64,000 nt of DNA from Candidatus Cloacimonadales bacterium (GTDB taxonomy: Bacteria > Cloacimonadota > Cloacimonadia > Cloacimonadales > JAIOQZ01), in NCBI GenBank assembly GCA_963662655.2, contig CAXXTU010000002.1, positions 544,001-608,000 of the forward strand, read 5' to 3'. The notes under the pieces were generated by a model, which was given only the letters and a program-made list of their open reading frames with translations, was not told the origin of the DNA and searched no databases. This document shows positions 1-9,702 of this stretch, piece after piece. The translations under genes and the position numbers were made by a program. How positions within the stretch are numbered: position 1 is the stretch's first letter; the number at the start of each line of letters is the position of its first letter.

Positions 1-921
1 CAGATTCTTCGCAAGGAGAAGCGCATCGTGCAGGCCGCGGAGCGGAAGATCAAGCGATACATATCTCGAAGCGAGTACGAGCCGGCGTATCTGAATACGC
101 AGTCGGTGCTTGCCGTCATGGCGACGACTAAGCTGAAGAAGTTTCGAAAGACCTGCCTGGACAAGCTGATCCACGATGAACCGGTCAAGATGATTCCCAT
201 CCCGGCAGGAAGCTTTGTGATGGGCGATTTCGAGAGCGGGACTCTAACCAGCGCGCTACCGCTGCACAAGGTTACACTCAAGGGCTTCTCCATGAGTGAA
301 ACGGTCATCACGAACCACCAGTACTGCCAGTTCCTCAACGCGGTTGGAAAGCACTACGAGCCTTTCTACGACTGGATCAATCTCTCCAGCCAGTACTGCC
401 GGATACGTAAATCGGACCGCGGTAAGTACGAGGCGGTTGAGCCGTATAGCTCGTTTCCGGTGATCGAAGTGAGTTGGCAGGGCGCGATGCGGTTCTGCGA
501 ATGGTTTGGCGGAAGGCTCCCGACAGAGGCCGAATGGGAGTACGCCGCCAGGAACGCGGGGAAGAAGATTCTCTTCTCGGCCGGCAATCACGCGGATCGC
601 TCCAAAATGAATTACCTGATCGACAAGAACGATGATCGCTGGCACTCGGTGTTTCCTGTCAAGTCCATGCCCCCGAATCAGTTGGGCTTGTACGAGATGT
701 CCGGTAACGTGCTGGAGTGGTGCGCTGATTACTTCGACAAGGAGTACTACACCGAGCAGGAAATGGCCAATCCCGCCGGCCCGGACAAAGGTACCCTGCG
801 GTCGGTGCGAGGCGGCGCCTGGTGCTTTCAGGCGAAGAACATGAAAACCTACTACCGGGGATCTGCCAAGCCGTCCGCGCGCAACAATTTCATCGGATTC
901 CGCGTTGTGAAAGATATCTGA
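1..921 (+). CDS. Formylglycine-generating enzyme (SUMF1/FGE-sulfatase) family protein, 5'-truncated by the window
   Basis: Motifs RLPTEAEWEYAAR, PNQLGLYEMSGNVLEWC, RGGAW and GFRVV. The frame is open back to base 1. Confidence 0.85.
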   Translation, partial: QILRKEKRIVQAAERKIKRYISRSEYEPAYLNTQSVLAVMATTKLKKFRKTCLDKLIHDEPVKMIPIPAGSFVMGDFESGTLTSALPLHKVTLKGFSMSETVITNHQYCQFLNAVGKHYEPFYDWINLSSQYCRIRKSDRGKYEAVEPYSSFPVIEVSWQGAMRFCEWFGGRLPTEAEWEYAARNAGKKILFSAGNHADRSKMNYLIDKNDDRWHSVFPVKSMPPNQLGLYEMSGNVLEWCADYFDKEYYTEQEMANPAGPDKGTLRSVRGGAWCFQAKNMKTYYRGSAKPSARNNFIGFRVVKDI

Positions 922-927
922 GCCGAT

Positions 928-2754
928 ATGACACGATCAACAACTCTATTCCGAGCGCTTTCGATCCTCTTCCTGCTGAGCATTTTCGCGCCGGTCGTCG
1001 CACAGGACGGCTACAAGCTCCGCGACATTGCCTTTGAAGGCAACCAGACGCTTTCCGATTCCGATCTCAAAGACCTCATGGAGCTCAAGGAGGACGACTT
1101 CCTCTACCGGATCCAGTTCTGGAAGGACGACCGTCTGTTCGATTCCGACGCGCTTGTTCGAGACACGACGCGCATCTTGCATCGCTACCGGACAGAGGGT
1201 TTCCTGGATGCGGGCGTTACCTGCGATGTGCAGGTGAATGAAGAGAAGAGTCTTGTTTATCTAAAGCTTGAGATCGATGAGGGGAAGCCAATATTATTGA
1301 ATGATATACGCTATGAAATCCTGGCGGATAATCATGCGGAAATCGAGGAGATTCTAAGCAGGACGGATGATACTCAGGAGCGTGGTGAGCGTTTCCGGGA
1401 CGTTGTGATCACCGGCAGGCAGGAGGCTCTGCTCGAAGCGCTGGGCAACCGCGGATATCCCCTCGCGGATATCGATTTCAAGCTTCATGTGCATCCCGCC
1501 AGGTATCAGGTTGACGTCGACTGGACAGTCGATTCGAAGCATCCTTGTATGTTCGGCGAAATCCGCGTCACGGGTCTGGAGAATCCGCTGGAGAAGCAGG
1601 TTCTCCGGCAGGCGACGAACATGGATAGCGGTGAATATCGGCAATCCGAGCTCAAGAAAGTGCAGCGGCGAATCTATCAGCTCGGGATGTTCCAATCGGT
1701 GGCGGTGAAAGCGCTTCTGGGCGAGGAATTCGCCGGAAAAATCCCTGTCGAGATCGTTCTGGGTGAGGCGCCGCGCCATAACGTGAAAGTCGGTGTGGGC
1801 TGGGGAATCGAGGATCGATTCCGGGTGTTCGCAGAGTACAAGAAGCTGGGATTTCTCGGTGGCGTTCGCAGGTTGCATTTGTATGCCAAGCACTCCTATC
1901 TGGAGCCAGTCAACGTCAGTATGAAGTTCGTCCAGCCCGATTTCCTTCACACCTACGGCGAATTCTCTCTGAGTCCTTACTACAAGCGGGAGCGTGAGAT
2001 CAGCTACACGATGGATCGCCTGGGTGCGAATATGGCTTATCAGAAATCGTACTCAAACTTCGTAACGGCCTACGGGAATGTGAACTACGAGAAGAATGAC
2101 ATCGCCGCGATTCATCTGAGCGACGAAGAGGTGTTCGGCGAGGAGGCGGACGACCTCTACGAGAAAACCGTATTCACCATCGGTGGATTCTACGATTCAT
2201 CGCAGCCGCCGACCGATCCCGAGCGGGGAATCTATGTGGGAAGCTCTTACTCGGTGGCTCCAATACGGGAAGTGAGCGATTACGAATTCTACAAGATCCA
2301 GCTCGATGCCAGAGTCTATCAAAGGATCGCGAGCTGGCTGGTTGTCGCCCTCAAGCTGAAGGGCGGTGCGATGGAGCCGTTCGGCCAGAGCGAGACAACG
2401 CCGGTGGAAGACCGTTTCTACGCGGGTGGAAGCTATTCTGTGAGGGGATGGCAACGCTCTCAGCTCGGTCCGAAGAACGAGAACGGATACCCGCTTGGCG
2501 GAAATAGTCTGGCGGAAGGGAGTCTGGAGCTTCGCTACCCGATCTACGACATTTTCTCGGGCGTTGTGTTCCTCGATGGCGGAAATGTCTGGAAGGATTC
2601 CTACGAATACATAGCGAATGATCTGCGTTTCGCAAGTGGCCTCGGTTTACGCGTAAAAACCCCCGTTGGGCCGATTCGCCTCGACTTTGCTTCACCGGTT
2701 TTCGAGAAGAAGAAGGAGCTGCAGATTCATGCCAGCATCGGGCACGCTTTCTAG
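928..2754 (+). CDS. tamA: Omp85 family outer-membrane protein (TamA/BamA-like, POTRA domains plus beta-barrel)
   Basis: Signal peptide, POTRA-like 'FEGNQTLSD', 'RFYAGGSYSVRGW' motif, 'TPVGPIRLDFA' and terminal 'IGHAF'. Directly followed by a TamB-like gene. Confidence 0.85.
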   Translation: MTRSTTLFRALSILFLLSIFAPVVAQDGYKLRDIAFEGNQTLSDSDLKDLMELKEDDFLYRIQFWKDDRLFDSDALVRDTTRILHRYRTEGFLDAGVTCDVQVNEEKSLVYLKLEIDEGKPILLNDIRYEILADNHAEIEEILSRTDDTQERGERFRDVVITGRQEALLEALGNRGYPLADIDFKLHVHPARYQVDVDWTVDSKHPCMFGEIRVTGLENPLEKQVLRQATNMDSGEYRQSELKKVQRRIYQLGMFQSVAVKALLGEEFAGKIPVEIVLGEAPRHNVKVGVGWGIEDRFRVFAEYKKLGFLGGVRRLHLYAKHSYLEPVNVSMKFVQPDFLHTYGEFSLSPYYKREREISYTMDRLGANMAYQKSYSNFVTAYGNVNYEKNDIAAIHLSDEEVFGEEADDLYEKTVFTIGGFYDSSQPPTDPERGIYVGSSYSVAPIREVSDYEFYKIQLDARVYQRIASWLVVALKLKGGAMEPFGQSETTPVEDRFYAGGSYSVRGWQRSQLGPKNENGYPLGGNSLAEGSLELRYPIYDIFSGVVFLDGGNVWKDSYEYIANDLRFASGLGLRVKTPVGPIRLDFASPVFEKKKELQIHASIGHAF

Positions 2755-5700
2755 GCGGATTATCAGGGGATTATTCAGAACGATTGCGGCCATCGTGCTG
2801 ATCGTACTGCTGGGTGTCTGCGTGCTATATCTTTTGCTCCAGGCCGGGAAGCTGAATCCGCTGATGAAATCGATCGCAGTCCGCACCGTAAATCGCTCTA
2901 TCAACGGCGAACTTTCGATCGCTTCCATATACGGTAATCCGCTGAAGAATCTCGAAATACGGGATATTCGTCTAAGGATGGATGGTGAGATGATTGCCTC
3001 CATTGGCTCGATTTCCCTCAAATACGATCTCTCCGGCGTGTTGAAGAAAGAGTTCAATATCAAACAGATTCGCATCGATTCGCTCTGGGCATACGCCGCG
3101 CAATCCCCCGACAGCACATGGAATTTCTCGCGTTTGGCAAAGACTTCCGAAGCCACGGCGGATGAAGAGGATCAGGCGTTTTCGCTGCCGGATAATAAAG
3201 CGGAATTGGGCATGTTCGAGATTTCCAGTGCGAATATCGATATCGACGCACTCGATCCGAAGATTCCTTCCCGTATCGAAAATCTGCACCTGAAGTTCGG
3301 TGCAAAGCTGAACAAAGAGGGAATCTACGCTCAATTGATTGATTTCGGGACAAGAATCGATTCCCTGAACATCAAGCGATTCGGTTTCATCGCGATATGG
3401 TCGCAATCTGTGCTAAATGTGGCTCAGTTCGAGTTCGAGACGGACAGAACCAGGATTACAGCGCAGGGAACATATGGATCCGATAACGATCGTGTCAGAC
3501 TTCAATTGAATCCGCTGGATCTACGGGATTTCGAGCGATTCCTCCCTGAATTCCAGCATCCGGACCAGATATTTGTCAACCTCAATGCGACTGCGAACGG
3601 CGACAGCCTCAACGCCAATGCGACAATCCGTTCCGGCGCGGATTCGCTCAGTCTCAACGCGAAAGCGGATTCTTACATCAATCCAACGTATTTCTCCCTC
3701 GAGATGAGCATGCAGAAGGTCAATCTTGCGGATGACTGGGGGATTCCGTTCTACGCCAACGACCTGGAATTGATTGTCAGTGGCTCGGAGGGGATCACGA
3801 AGGAATCAGGCATCCACGCCACTGTAAGCGGTAAACGGCTGCAATACGACAAGTATCCGCTGGAACGCCTCGGTGTAGAGGCGGACTATTCGCCGGAAGA
3901 GGTGGAGTTCAACATCAACGCGGAGAACGATGAGCGAAACAGTGTCTTTTTGAGCGGTAATCTGGAACTCGAGAAGCCGGATCGTCCGTTCGATTTTCGC
4001 GGAAATCTGAGCTTCCATTCCAGCGACTATCCGCAATACGGTATTTCCACGAATTTGAGCACGACGCTTTCTCTCAGCGGAAGTGGGCTCCTGCGTGATG
4101 GAGCGAATCTCAAGAGCGATATTAGCCTCGATTTCAAGCCGACGACAATCGAGGATTTCGAGATTCTATCCGGCACCGTCAAGCTAACATACGACGGCGG
4201 TGCATACGAATTGAAGGCGTTCCGCTTCGATGCGGCAAGCGGGGATGTCAAAGGTTCTGGCAAGGGCAACATCAATGGGGAGCAGCGGATTGATTTCTCC
4301 GTGGGTCTTTCCGATCTGTCGCAGTTTGAAACGCTTTCCGGAATGGACAAGCTCGAGGGAGTTATCCGGGCCGATGTCTCGGCTCGAGGCAAGCTCGATT
4401 CGCTTCAGTTCCAGTTTTCCGCGATGGGTGATAACCTGGATGCGAATGAACTCAGCGTCGAAGCGCTCCGGATTGAGGTTACAGGAAATATTCAGGGAAA
4501 TGATGTCAGTGCCGAAGGTGAGTTCGGGATCGATCATGCGGCTTATGGCGATGTACGTGTCGATAGCCTGCGTTTGGATGCCGGATATTTGGATAATGCG
4601 CTTTCTGCGAAGATGAATCTCTACCAGAGTGAGGAGCGATACGGTCGGATCGATATTCGCTTCCGAACCGGTGAAACAAACACACTGGAAATACCGCTGC
4701 TCGATTTCCACTTGGGCGAAGACCACTGGACACTCGCTCACGACACGACGCAAGTATGTTTCTCCGGTGACTGCTACTCGGTGAACGACTTCACGCTGCA
4801 AGCGCCGCCTCAAGCGATTTCCGCGTCAGGCGTTTACGTAGTTGATGGGGATATGGATGCCCAGCTTACGATCGATTCCCTGAATCTGGCTGTGCTGAAC
4901 GATTTCCTGCCAGAGGATTCCAATGCAGGTGGTGTACTGAATCTTCACGCGCTCGTTCAAGGCCGAATGACCGATCCGCGAGCGAGGCTCGTCCTCAGCT
5001 TGAGCGATCTCTCGTGGGGCGGCTACGACATCACGGGGATCGAGGCGGATCTGACATCGGAGGATCGTATCGCCAAGATGAACGCCGCGGTCCGATTCAC
5101 GCCCAAAGAGAGTTTTAGCCTCGATGCGAACGTACCGCTCGGGCTGATCATTCGGGTTATTCCCATTGCGGAAGATTCCCTGGCCTACGTGCATTTGCTC
5201 AGCGATTCAATCGACATTGGTTTCGTGAATGACTTCACCAGTGAAATCCAACTGGATCGCGGGTACCTGGTGATGGATATATCGCTGACAAGCGATCTGG
5301 TGCGCCACGACGTTGGCGGACGGATCAAGATGACGGGAAAATCCCTGACCATCCGTCAGCTTGGCACACGTTACGACGATCTTCTGTTCGAGCTGACTGG
5401 GGATAACGAATCCATACGTCTGGATACGCTGTACGCCGAAGGAGGCGACGGTACGCTATCCGCTTCGGGCTATGCCATGCTGGGCGATTTCGTGAACGAC
5501 TACATTCGCTCCATCGATTTCCGGCTCCTGGCCAGGAAATTCCAGTTCTCGAAAAAGCGGCAACTACGCCTCGTCTCCGACATGGATATCAAGTTCACCG
5601 GAACGATGGACGATCCTCGCTTCGACGCGGACGTAAATATCATCGAATCCCGTGTGAACATCGATCAATTCACTGGAGGCTCGGGACCGCCACTTCCCAG

Positions 5701-6550
5701 CCAGAAGCCGCTGCTTGTGGCAGCGCTCACCGATACGACGGAGATCGTTTACGAAAAGGTAACGCCCGAGATCAACCTCTCGAAGAACCTTTCAGGCGTC
5801 GCGCATGTGACCATACCGCGAAACACATGGGTGTACGGCAAGGACATGCAGGTCGAGCTGACGGGCGACATCAAAGCGCTGAAGGAAGGCCAGAATCTTT
5901 ATCTGACCGGCCAGGTCAGAACCGTCCGCGGCGACTACAACCTGTACGGGCGGAAGTTCCGCATTTCGTCTGCTAGCGTTACGTTCACAGGCGGAAGGGA
6001 CATCGATCCGATCTTGGACGTGAAAGCCGACTACATCTTCCGCGATCTTCAGCAGAATCAGAGGACGCTACGTGTGATCCTGACGGGACGCATCAACGAT
6101 CCCAAGGCGACCTTCACGCTCGACGGCGCGGAAATCGAGCAGGCGGATGCCGTTTCTTACATCCTGTTCAAACGCAGCGCCAGTCAGTTGACCCAGAACG
6201 AAAAGAGCTCGATGAACGAAAATACCTCCAGCGCCAGCTTTGCACAGGGACTCATCATCAAGGAGCTGTCGTCGCAACTGACAAGCTCCATCCGCGAGCA
6301 GCTCGATCTGGATGTACTGGAGATTCAGGGCAACGAGGACATCAGCAAAACATCCGTCGTGGTGGGAAAATATATTACCAATCGCCTGTTTCTAAGCTAT
6401 GAGAGACGCATCAATCCAAGCAGCACCAATGACGCCGAAACCGAAATTATGACCCTCGAGTACCAGATCAACAAGGCCTTCTCCATTCAGGGAACCAGGG
6501 GCAACGACAGCTCGACGGGCGTTGACCTTATTTGGAAGTATGAGAATTAA
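2729..6550 (+). CDS. tamB: Translocation and assembly module TamB (DUF490) protein
   Basis: N-terminal anchor helix, long beta-rich body and C-terminal 'VVGKYITNRLFLSYE...LEYQINK...STGVDLIWKYE'. ATG at 2729 preferred over the ORF-track TTG at 2666. Confidence 0.85.
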   Translation: MPASGTLSRRIIRGLFRTIAAIVLIVLLGVCVLYLLLQAGKLNPLMKSIAVRTVNRSINGELSIASIYGNPLKNLEIRDIRLRMDGEMIASIGSISLKYDLSGVLKKEFNIKQIRIDSLWAYAAQSPDSTWNFSRLAKTSEATADEEDQAFSLPDNKAELGMFEISSANIDIDALDPKIPSRIENLHLKFGAKLNKEGIYAQLIDFGTRIDSLNIKRFGFIAIWSQSVLNVAQFEFETDRTRITAQGTYGSDNDRVRLQLNPLDLRDFERFLPEFQHPDQIFVNLNATANGDSLNANATIRSGADSLSLNAKADSYINPTYFSLEMSMQKVNLADDWGIPFYANDLELIVSGSEGITKESGIHATVSGKRLQYDKYPLERLGVEADYSPEEVEFNINAENDERNSVFLSGNLELEKPDRPFDFRGNLSFHSSDYPQYGISTNLSTTLSLSGSGLLRDGANLKSDISLDFKPTTIEDFEILSGTVKLTYDGGAYELKAFRFDAASGDVKGSGKGNINGEQRIDFSVGLSDLSQFETLSGMDKLEGVIRADVSARGKLDSLQFQFSAMGDNLDANELSVEALRIEVTGNIQGNDVSAEGEFGIDHAAYGDVRVDSLRLDAGYLDNALSAKMNLYQSEERYGRIDIRFRTGETNTLEIPLLDFHLGEDHWTLAHDTTQVCFSGDCYSVNDFTLQAPPQAISASGVYVVDGDMDAQLTIDSLNLAVLNDFLPEDSNAGGVLNLHALVQGRMTDPRARLVLSLSDLSWGGYDITGIEADLTSEDRIAKMNAAVRFTPKESFSLDANVPLGLIIRVIPIAEDSLAYVHLLSDSIDIGFVNDFTSEIQLDRGYLVMDISLTSDLVRHDVGGRIKMTGKSLTIRQLGTRYDDLLFELTGDNESIRLDTLYAEGGDGTLSASGYAMLGDFVNDYIRSIDFRLLARKFQFSKKRQLRLVSDMDIKFTGTMDDPRFDADVNIIESRVNIDQFTGGSGPPLPSQKPLLVAALTDTTEIVYEKVTPEINLSKNLSGVAHVTIPRNTWVYGKDMQVELTGDIKALKEGQNLYLTGQVRTVRGDYNLYGRKFRISSASVTFTGGRDIDPILDVKADYIFRDLQQNQRTLRVILTGRINDPKATFTLDGAEIEQADAVSYILFKRSASQLTQNEKSSMNENTSSASFAQGLIIKELSSQLTSSIREQLDLDVLEIQGNEDISKTSVVVGKYITNRLFLSYERRINPSSTNDAETEIMTLEYQINKAFSIQGTRGNDSSTGVDLIWKYEN

Positions 6551-8387
6551 TACTCTGAAGATCGTTTCCCTGCTCCTGCTGCTTCTGGTGGCGAGCTCCG
6601 TGTTGCTGGCACAGCCATCTCAGGAAACCTTCGATGTCGGCGATTCGCTCCGGACGGTGCAATACGAGAAGAGGGTTCTGGATACGGTTCGGGAAATCTC
6701 CAGTCGCGGGACGTGGATGTCGCGCCTGATGCGGAGTATCTTCGTTCTGGAGAAACAGAGCATGGAAACGGATCGCGAGGTGGTCTCCAACCCGATAAGG
6801 AAATTCCTTCGGTACGACAGCCGGAAGATCAGCAGCATCCGCATCATCGTGCTGGATGTCTTCGGCGGCTCGGTGGACGACCTCTCGATTCGGGAGCTCA
6901 CCTGGCTCGAGCGCGTCGGCAACACATTGCACATCAACACGCAAAAGGCAATCATTCGCAACCAGCTCCTCTTCAAGGTCGGCGACAGCCTCGATCCCCT
7001 CTTGATTGCGGAATCCGAGCGTATTCTCCGTGCGAACAACTACATCTACGACGCCCGGATTCGCCCGTTCTCCAACCCGGACGGTTCCGTCGATCTGGAT
7101 GTGATCGTTCGCGATGTATGGACGCTGAAGGCGGAGGTCGCGATGAAGGATGTCGATCAATGGAATATCTCCTTCACCGAGGACAACCTTTGGGGCTGGG
7201 GCGGAAGGCTTCACTCAGAGTTGAAGTTCGATCCCGGTTACCGCGACGGATGGAACTGGGAGGGCAGCTACAAGCGCCGTAACCTTTTCCGTGACAACAT
7301 CACGGGAGAAATCTACCGGAAGGTGAGTCTCGGCAGTACGCGGAAGGGCGTCGGCTTCAACCGGGAATTCTCGTCTCCGCTTATCCGCTGGCTCTACGGT
7401 ACCAATCTCGAGTGGAACCGCCACGAAGAGGTGATGCTCATGGATGAAGAGGTCACTCAAACGGAGGAGTTGCGCTACAACCGTCAGGATTTGTGGCTGG
7501 GCCGGACGTTCCCGATCCACGAAGACGGCAACGAACAGGGTATCGTGAATTACCTCACCGCGGCGGCGCGGATCATCCGCACGGATCACACCATGCAGTC
7601 GGATTACGATCCGGAGGGGCACGTGCAGGATTCCTATATGGGCATCTACAGCCTTGGATTCCTGATCCGGTCGTACAAAAAGGTGAGCTACCTGTTCCGC
7701 TTCGGCGTCACGGAGGATATCCCTGTCGGAAGCAAGTTTCAGTTTACCTCGGGATACGAGCGGGGACGTCACTACAATCGCAATTACTACGCGTTGTACT
7801 ATCAATACAGCTACTACCACGATGGCTACGGGTACTTGTCCAGCGAGCTTTCCGCTTCCGGATTCAAGCGGACCAGCGCTTGGGAGAGCCGTCGGTTCGA
7901 TGTGAGCCTGACCGGCATTTCTCGGATGTGTTACCTGTACGACTACCGTATCCGCCAATACTTTTTCCTGGAGTACACACGCGCCGAGAACCCGATCTAC
8001 TCCAGCCAGTTGCTGAAGATCAGCGATAAAAGCGGAATTCGTGGGCTCACGAGCGATCGAACCGGAAACAAGCGCTTGCGGCTGAATCTGGAGACCAATT
8101 ATCAGATGCCGTTCCGCTTCCTCGGGTTCCATTTCGCGGTTAGCGTATTCGGCGATTTTGCTGTCCTGGCTGCAAAGGACAACAGCCTGAAATCCAGCAG
8201 CGTCTATCAGGGATACGGGATCGGGCTGCGCTTCAAGAACGAGCATCTGATTTTCCGAACCATCGAGCTGTTCATCGGATACTACCCGACCATGGACGAT
8301 AGCGAGGACTGGAACTACTTCTCCAGGTCGTCAAGCTACTATTCTTTCAACAAACTCGGTTTTGGCCGACCGGAGGTTATCGAGTAA
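6540..8387 (+). CDS. Putative outer-membrane protein with a POTRA-like segment and beta-barrel (divergent Omp85-like)
   Basis: Signal peptide, 'IIRNQLLFKVGDSLDPLLIAESERILR' POTRA-like segment, 'GIRGL' and 'YQGYGIGLRF' strands. ATG at 6540 overlaps the end of tamB. Confidence 0.6.
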   Translation: MRINTLKIVSLLLLLLVASSVLLAQPSQETFDVGDSLRTVQYEKRVLDTVREISSRGTWMSRLMRSIFVLEKQSMETDREVVSNPIRKFLRYDSRKISSIRIIVLDVFGGSVDDLSIRELTWLERVGNTLHINTQKAIIRNQLLFKVGDSLDPLLIAESERILRANNYIYDARIRPFSNPDGSVDLDVIVRDVWTLKAEVAMKDVDQWNISFTEDNLWGWGGRLHSELKFDPGYRDGWNWEGSYKRRNLFRDNITGEIYRKVSLGSTRKGVGFNREFSSPLIRWLYGTNLEWNRHEEVMLMDEEVTQTEELRYNRQDLWLGRTFPIHEDGNEQGIVNYLTAAARIIRTDHTMQSDYDPEGHVQDSYMGIYSLGFLIRSYKKVSYLFRFGVTEDIPVGSKFQFTSGYERGRHYNRNYYALYYQYSYYHDGYGYLSSELSASGFKRTSAWESRRFDVSLTGISRMCYLYDYRIRQYFFLEYTRAENPIYSSQLLKISDKSGIRGLTSDRTGNKRLRLNLETNYQMPFRFLGFHFAVSVFGDFAVLAAKDNSLKSSSVYQGYGIGLRFKNEHLIFRTIELFIGYYPTMDDSEDWNYFSRSSSYYSFNKLGFGRPEVIE

Positions 8388-9694
8388 TGAGTAAGCGAGT
8401 TACCTTCAACGATCACATCACGCGTCTCATCGGAGCGGAAGAGGCTTCGCAACTGATGGAGGCGATCAATCTCTTTGCACCGAAGGCCGTACGCTATCAT
8501 GCGCAAAAGTTTTCACCGGAATCGCTCAGTGGAGAGCCGGTACCCTGGTATCCTTCGCATGGCAGATACTGGCAGGAGAGAGAGAATCCGTCGCAGTCGT
8601 ACGATTACCTGACAGGCGGTTTCTATATCCAGGAAGCGAGCGCGATGCTGCTTGTCTCGGCATTGAGCAATGTTGTAAACCTGCGGGATTTGCGTATCGC
8701 CGATCTCACTGCGGCTCCCGGAGGCAAGGCGACGCATGTAGCCGAGCTTGCTCCGGAGGGACTGGTGCTGGCGAACGAGGTGATCCGCGGAAGAACCGAC
8801 GCGCTCATGTGGAACGTGATCCGTCACAGGCTGCGGAACGTTATCGTGAGCAACATGCAGCTCGGCGAGATCGCGAGTTCCCTGAGCGGATGGTTCGATG
8901 TGGCGATCGTGGACGCACCGTGCAGCGGGGAAGGGCTGTTCCAGAAGAAGAAGCACAATCCCAAGGCGTGGAACCACAAGAACGTAATCTTCAACGCCAC
9001 CAGGCAACGGGCCATCCTTGGCGACGCGATGCGCATCCTGAAGCCGGGAGGGATTCTCGCGTACTCCACGTGTACGTTTGGCGTGGAGGAGAATGAATAC
9101 CAGGTGGCCTCCCTGCTGGAAAACGGTTTCGAGCCGATTGATTTCCCCAGCCTCGAAGGTGTGTCGCCGGCAATCTCGGAGGACGATTCCATCGCAAGAT
9201 GTTCCCGCAGGTTGTTTCCACATCGACAGAAGGCAGCCGGGGCATTTGCCGCTCTCGTTCGCAAGGTCGAGGGAGAAGCGCCGATGGATGTGCGGATGGT
9301 CGCTTGCGAAGATAAGAAGCTCGAGAAGCGTTTACCGGATATCATGAACATGGATGAGGATGTGCACCTATATAGAAGCGGCGCGGTTATCAACGCGCTC
9401 AATCGGGAAGAGATACCGCGAGTGTTGTACGAAAAAGCCATACAGATCGGGGCCGCGATCTTCACGGAACAGCTGGTTCCTGAGCCGATGCATGGGAGCG
9501 TTCTCGTGGCTGACGATGCGCATTGTATTACTCTGGGCGGACAGCAATTGATGAATTACAGGCAGGGTAGCAATCTGCATTTCGATGTCGCGGATGGATT
9601 CTATTACGCAAAACACAACGAGGATGTATTGGGTTTGATGAAGATATCCGGCGGTCGGGCGGTAAATCGCCTGCCGAAGCCGCTAAGGGGTTAG
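8387..9694 (+). CDS. RsmB/NOP/RsmF family RNA m5C methyltransferase
   Basis: Motifs YIQEASAM, DLTAAPGGKAT, VDAPCSGEG and YSTCT...EENE, plus an RsmF-like C-terminal extension. Confidence 0.9.
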   Translation: MSKRVTFNDHITRLIGAEEASQLMEAINLFAPKAVRYHAQKFSPESLSGEPVPWYPSHGRYWQERENPSQSYDYLTGGFYIQEASAMLLVSALSNVVNLRDLRIADLTAAPGGKATHVAELAPEGLVLANEVIRGRTDALMWNVIRHRLRNVIVSNMQLGEIASSLSGWFDVAIVDAPCSGEGLFQKKKHNPKAWNHKNVIFNATRQRAILGDAMRILKPGGILAYSTCTFGVEENEYQVASLLENGFEPIDFPSLEGVSPAISEDDSIARCSRRLFPHRQKAAGAFAALVRKVEGEAPMDVRMVACEDKKLEKRLPDIMNMDEDVHLYRSGAVINALNREEIPRVLYEKAIQIGAAIFTEQLVPEPMHGSVLVADDAHCITLGGQQLMNYRQGSNLHFDVADGFYYAKHNEDVLGLMKISGGRAVNRLPKPLRG

Positions 9695-9702
9695 AGGCGG
9701 GG

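Noticed and set aside
6528..8246. 228-aa and 343-aa minus-strand ORFs
   Set aside because: They are antisense shadows of the plus-strand outer-membrane protein gene.
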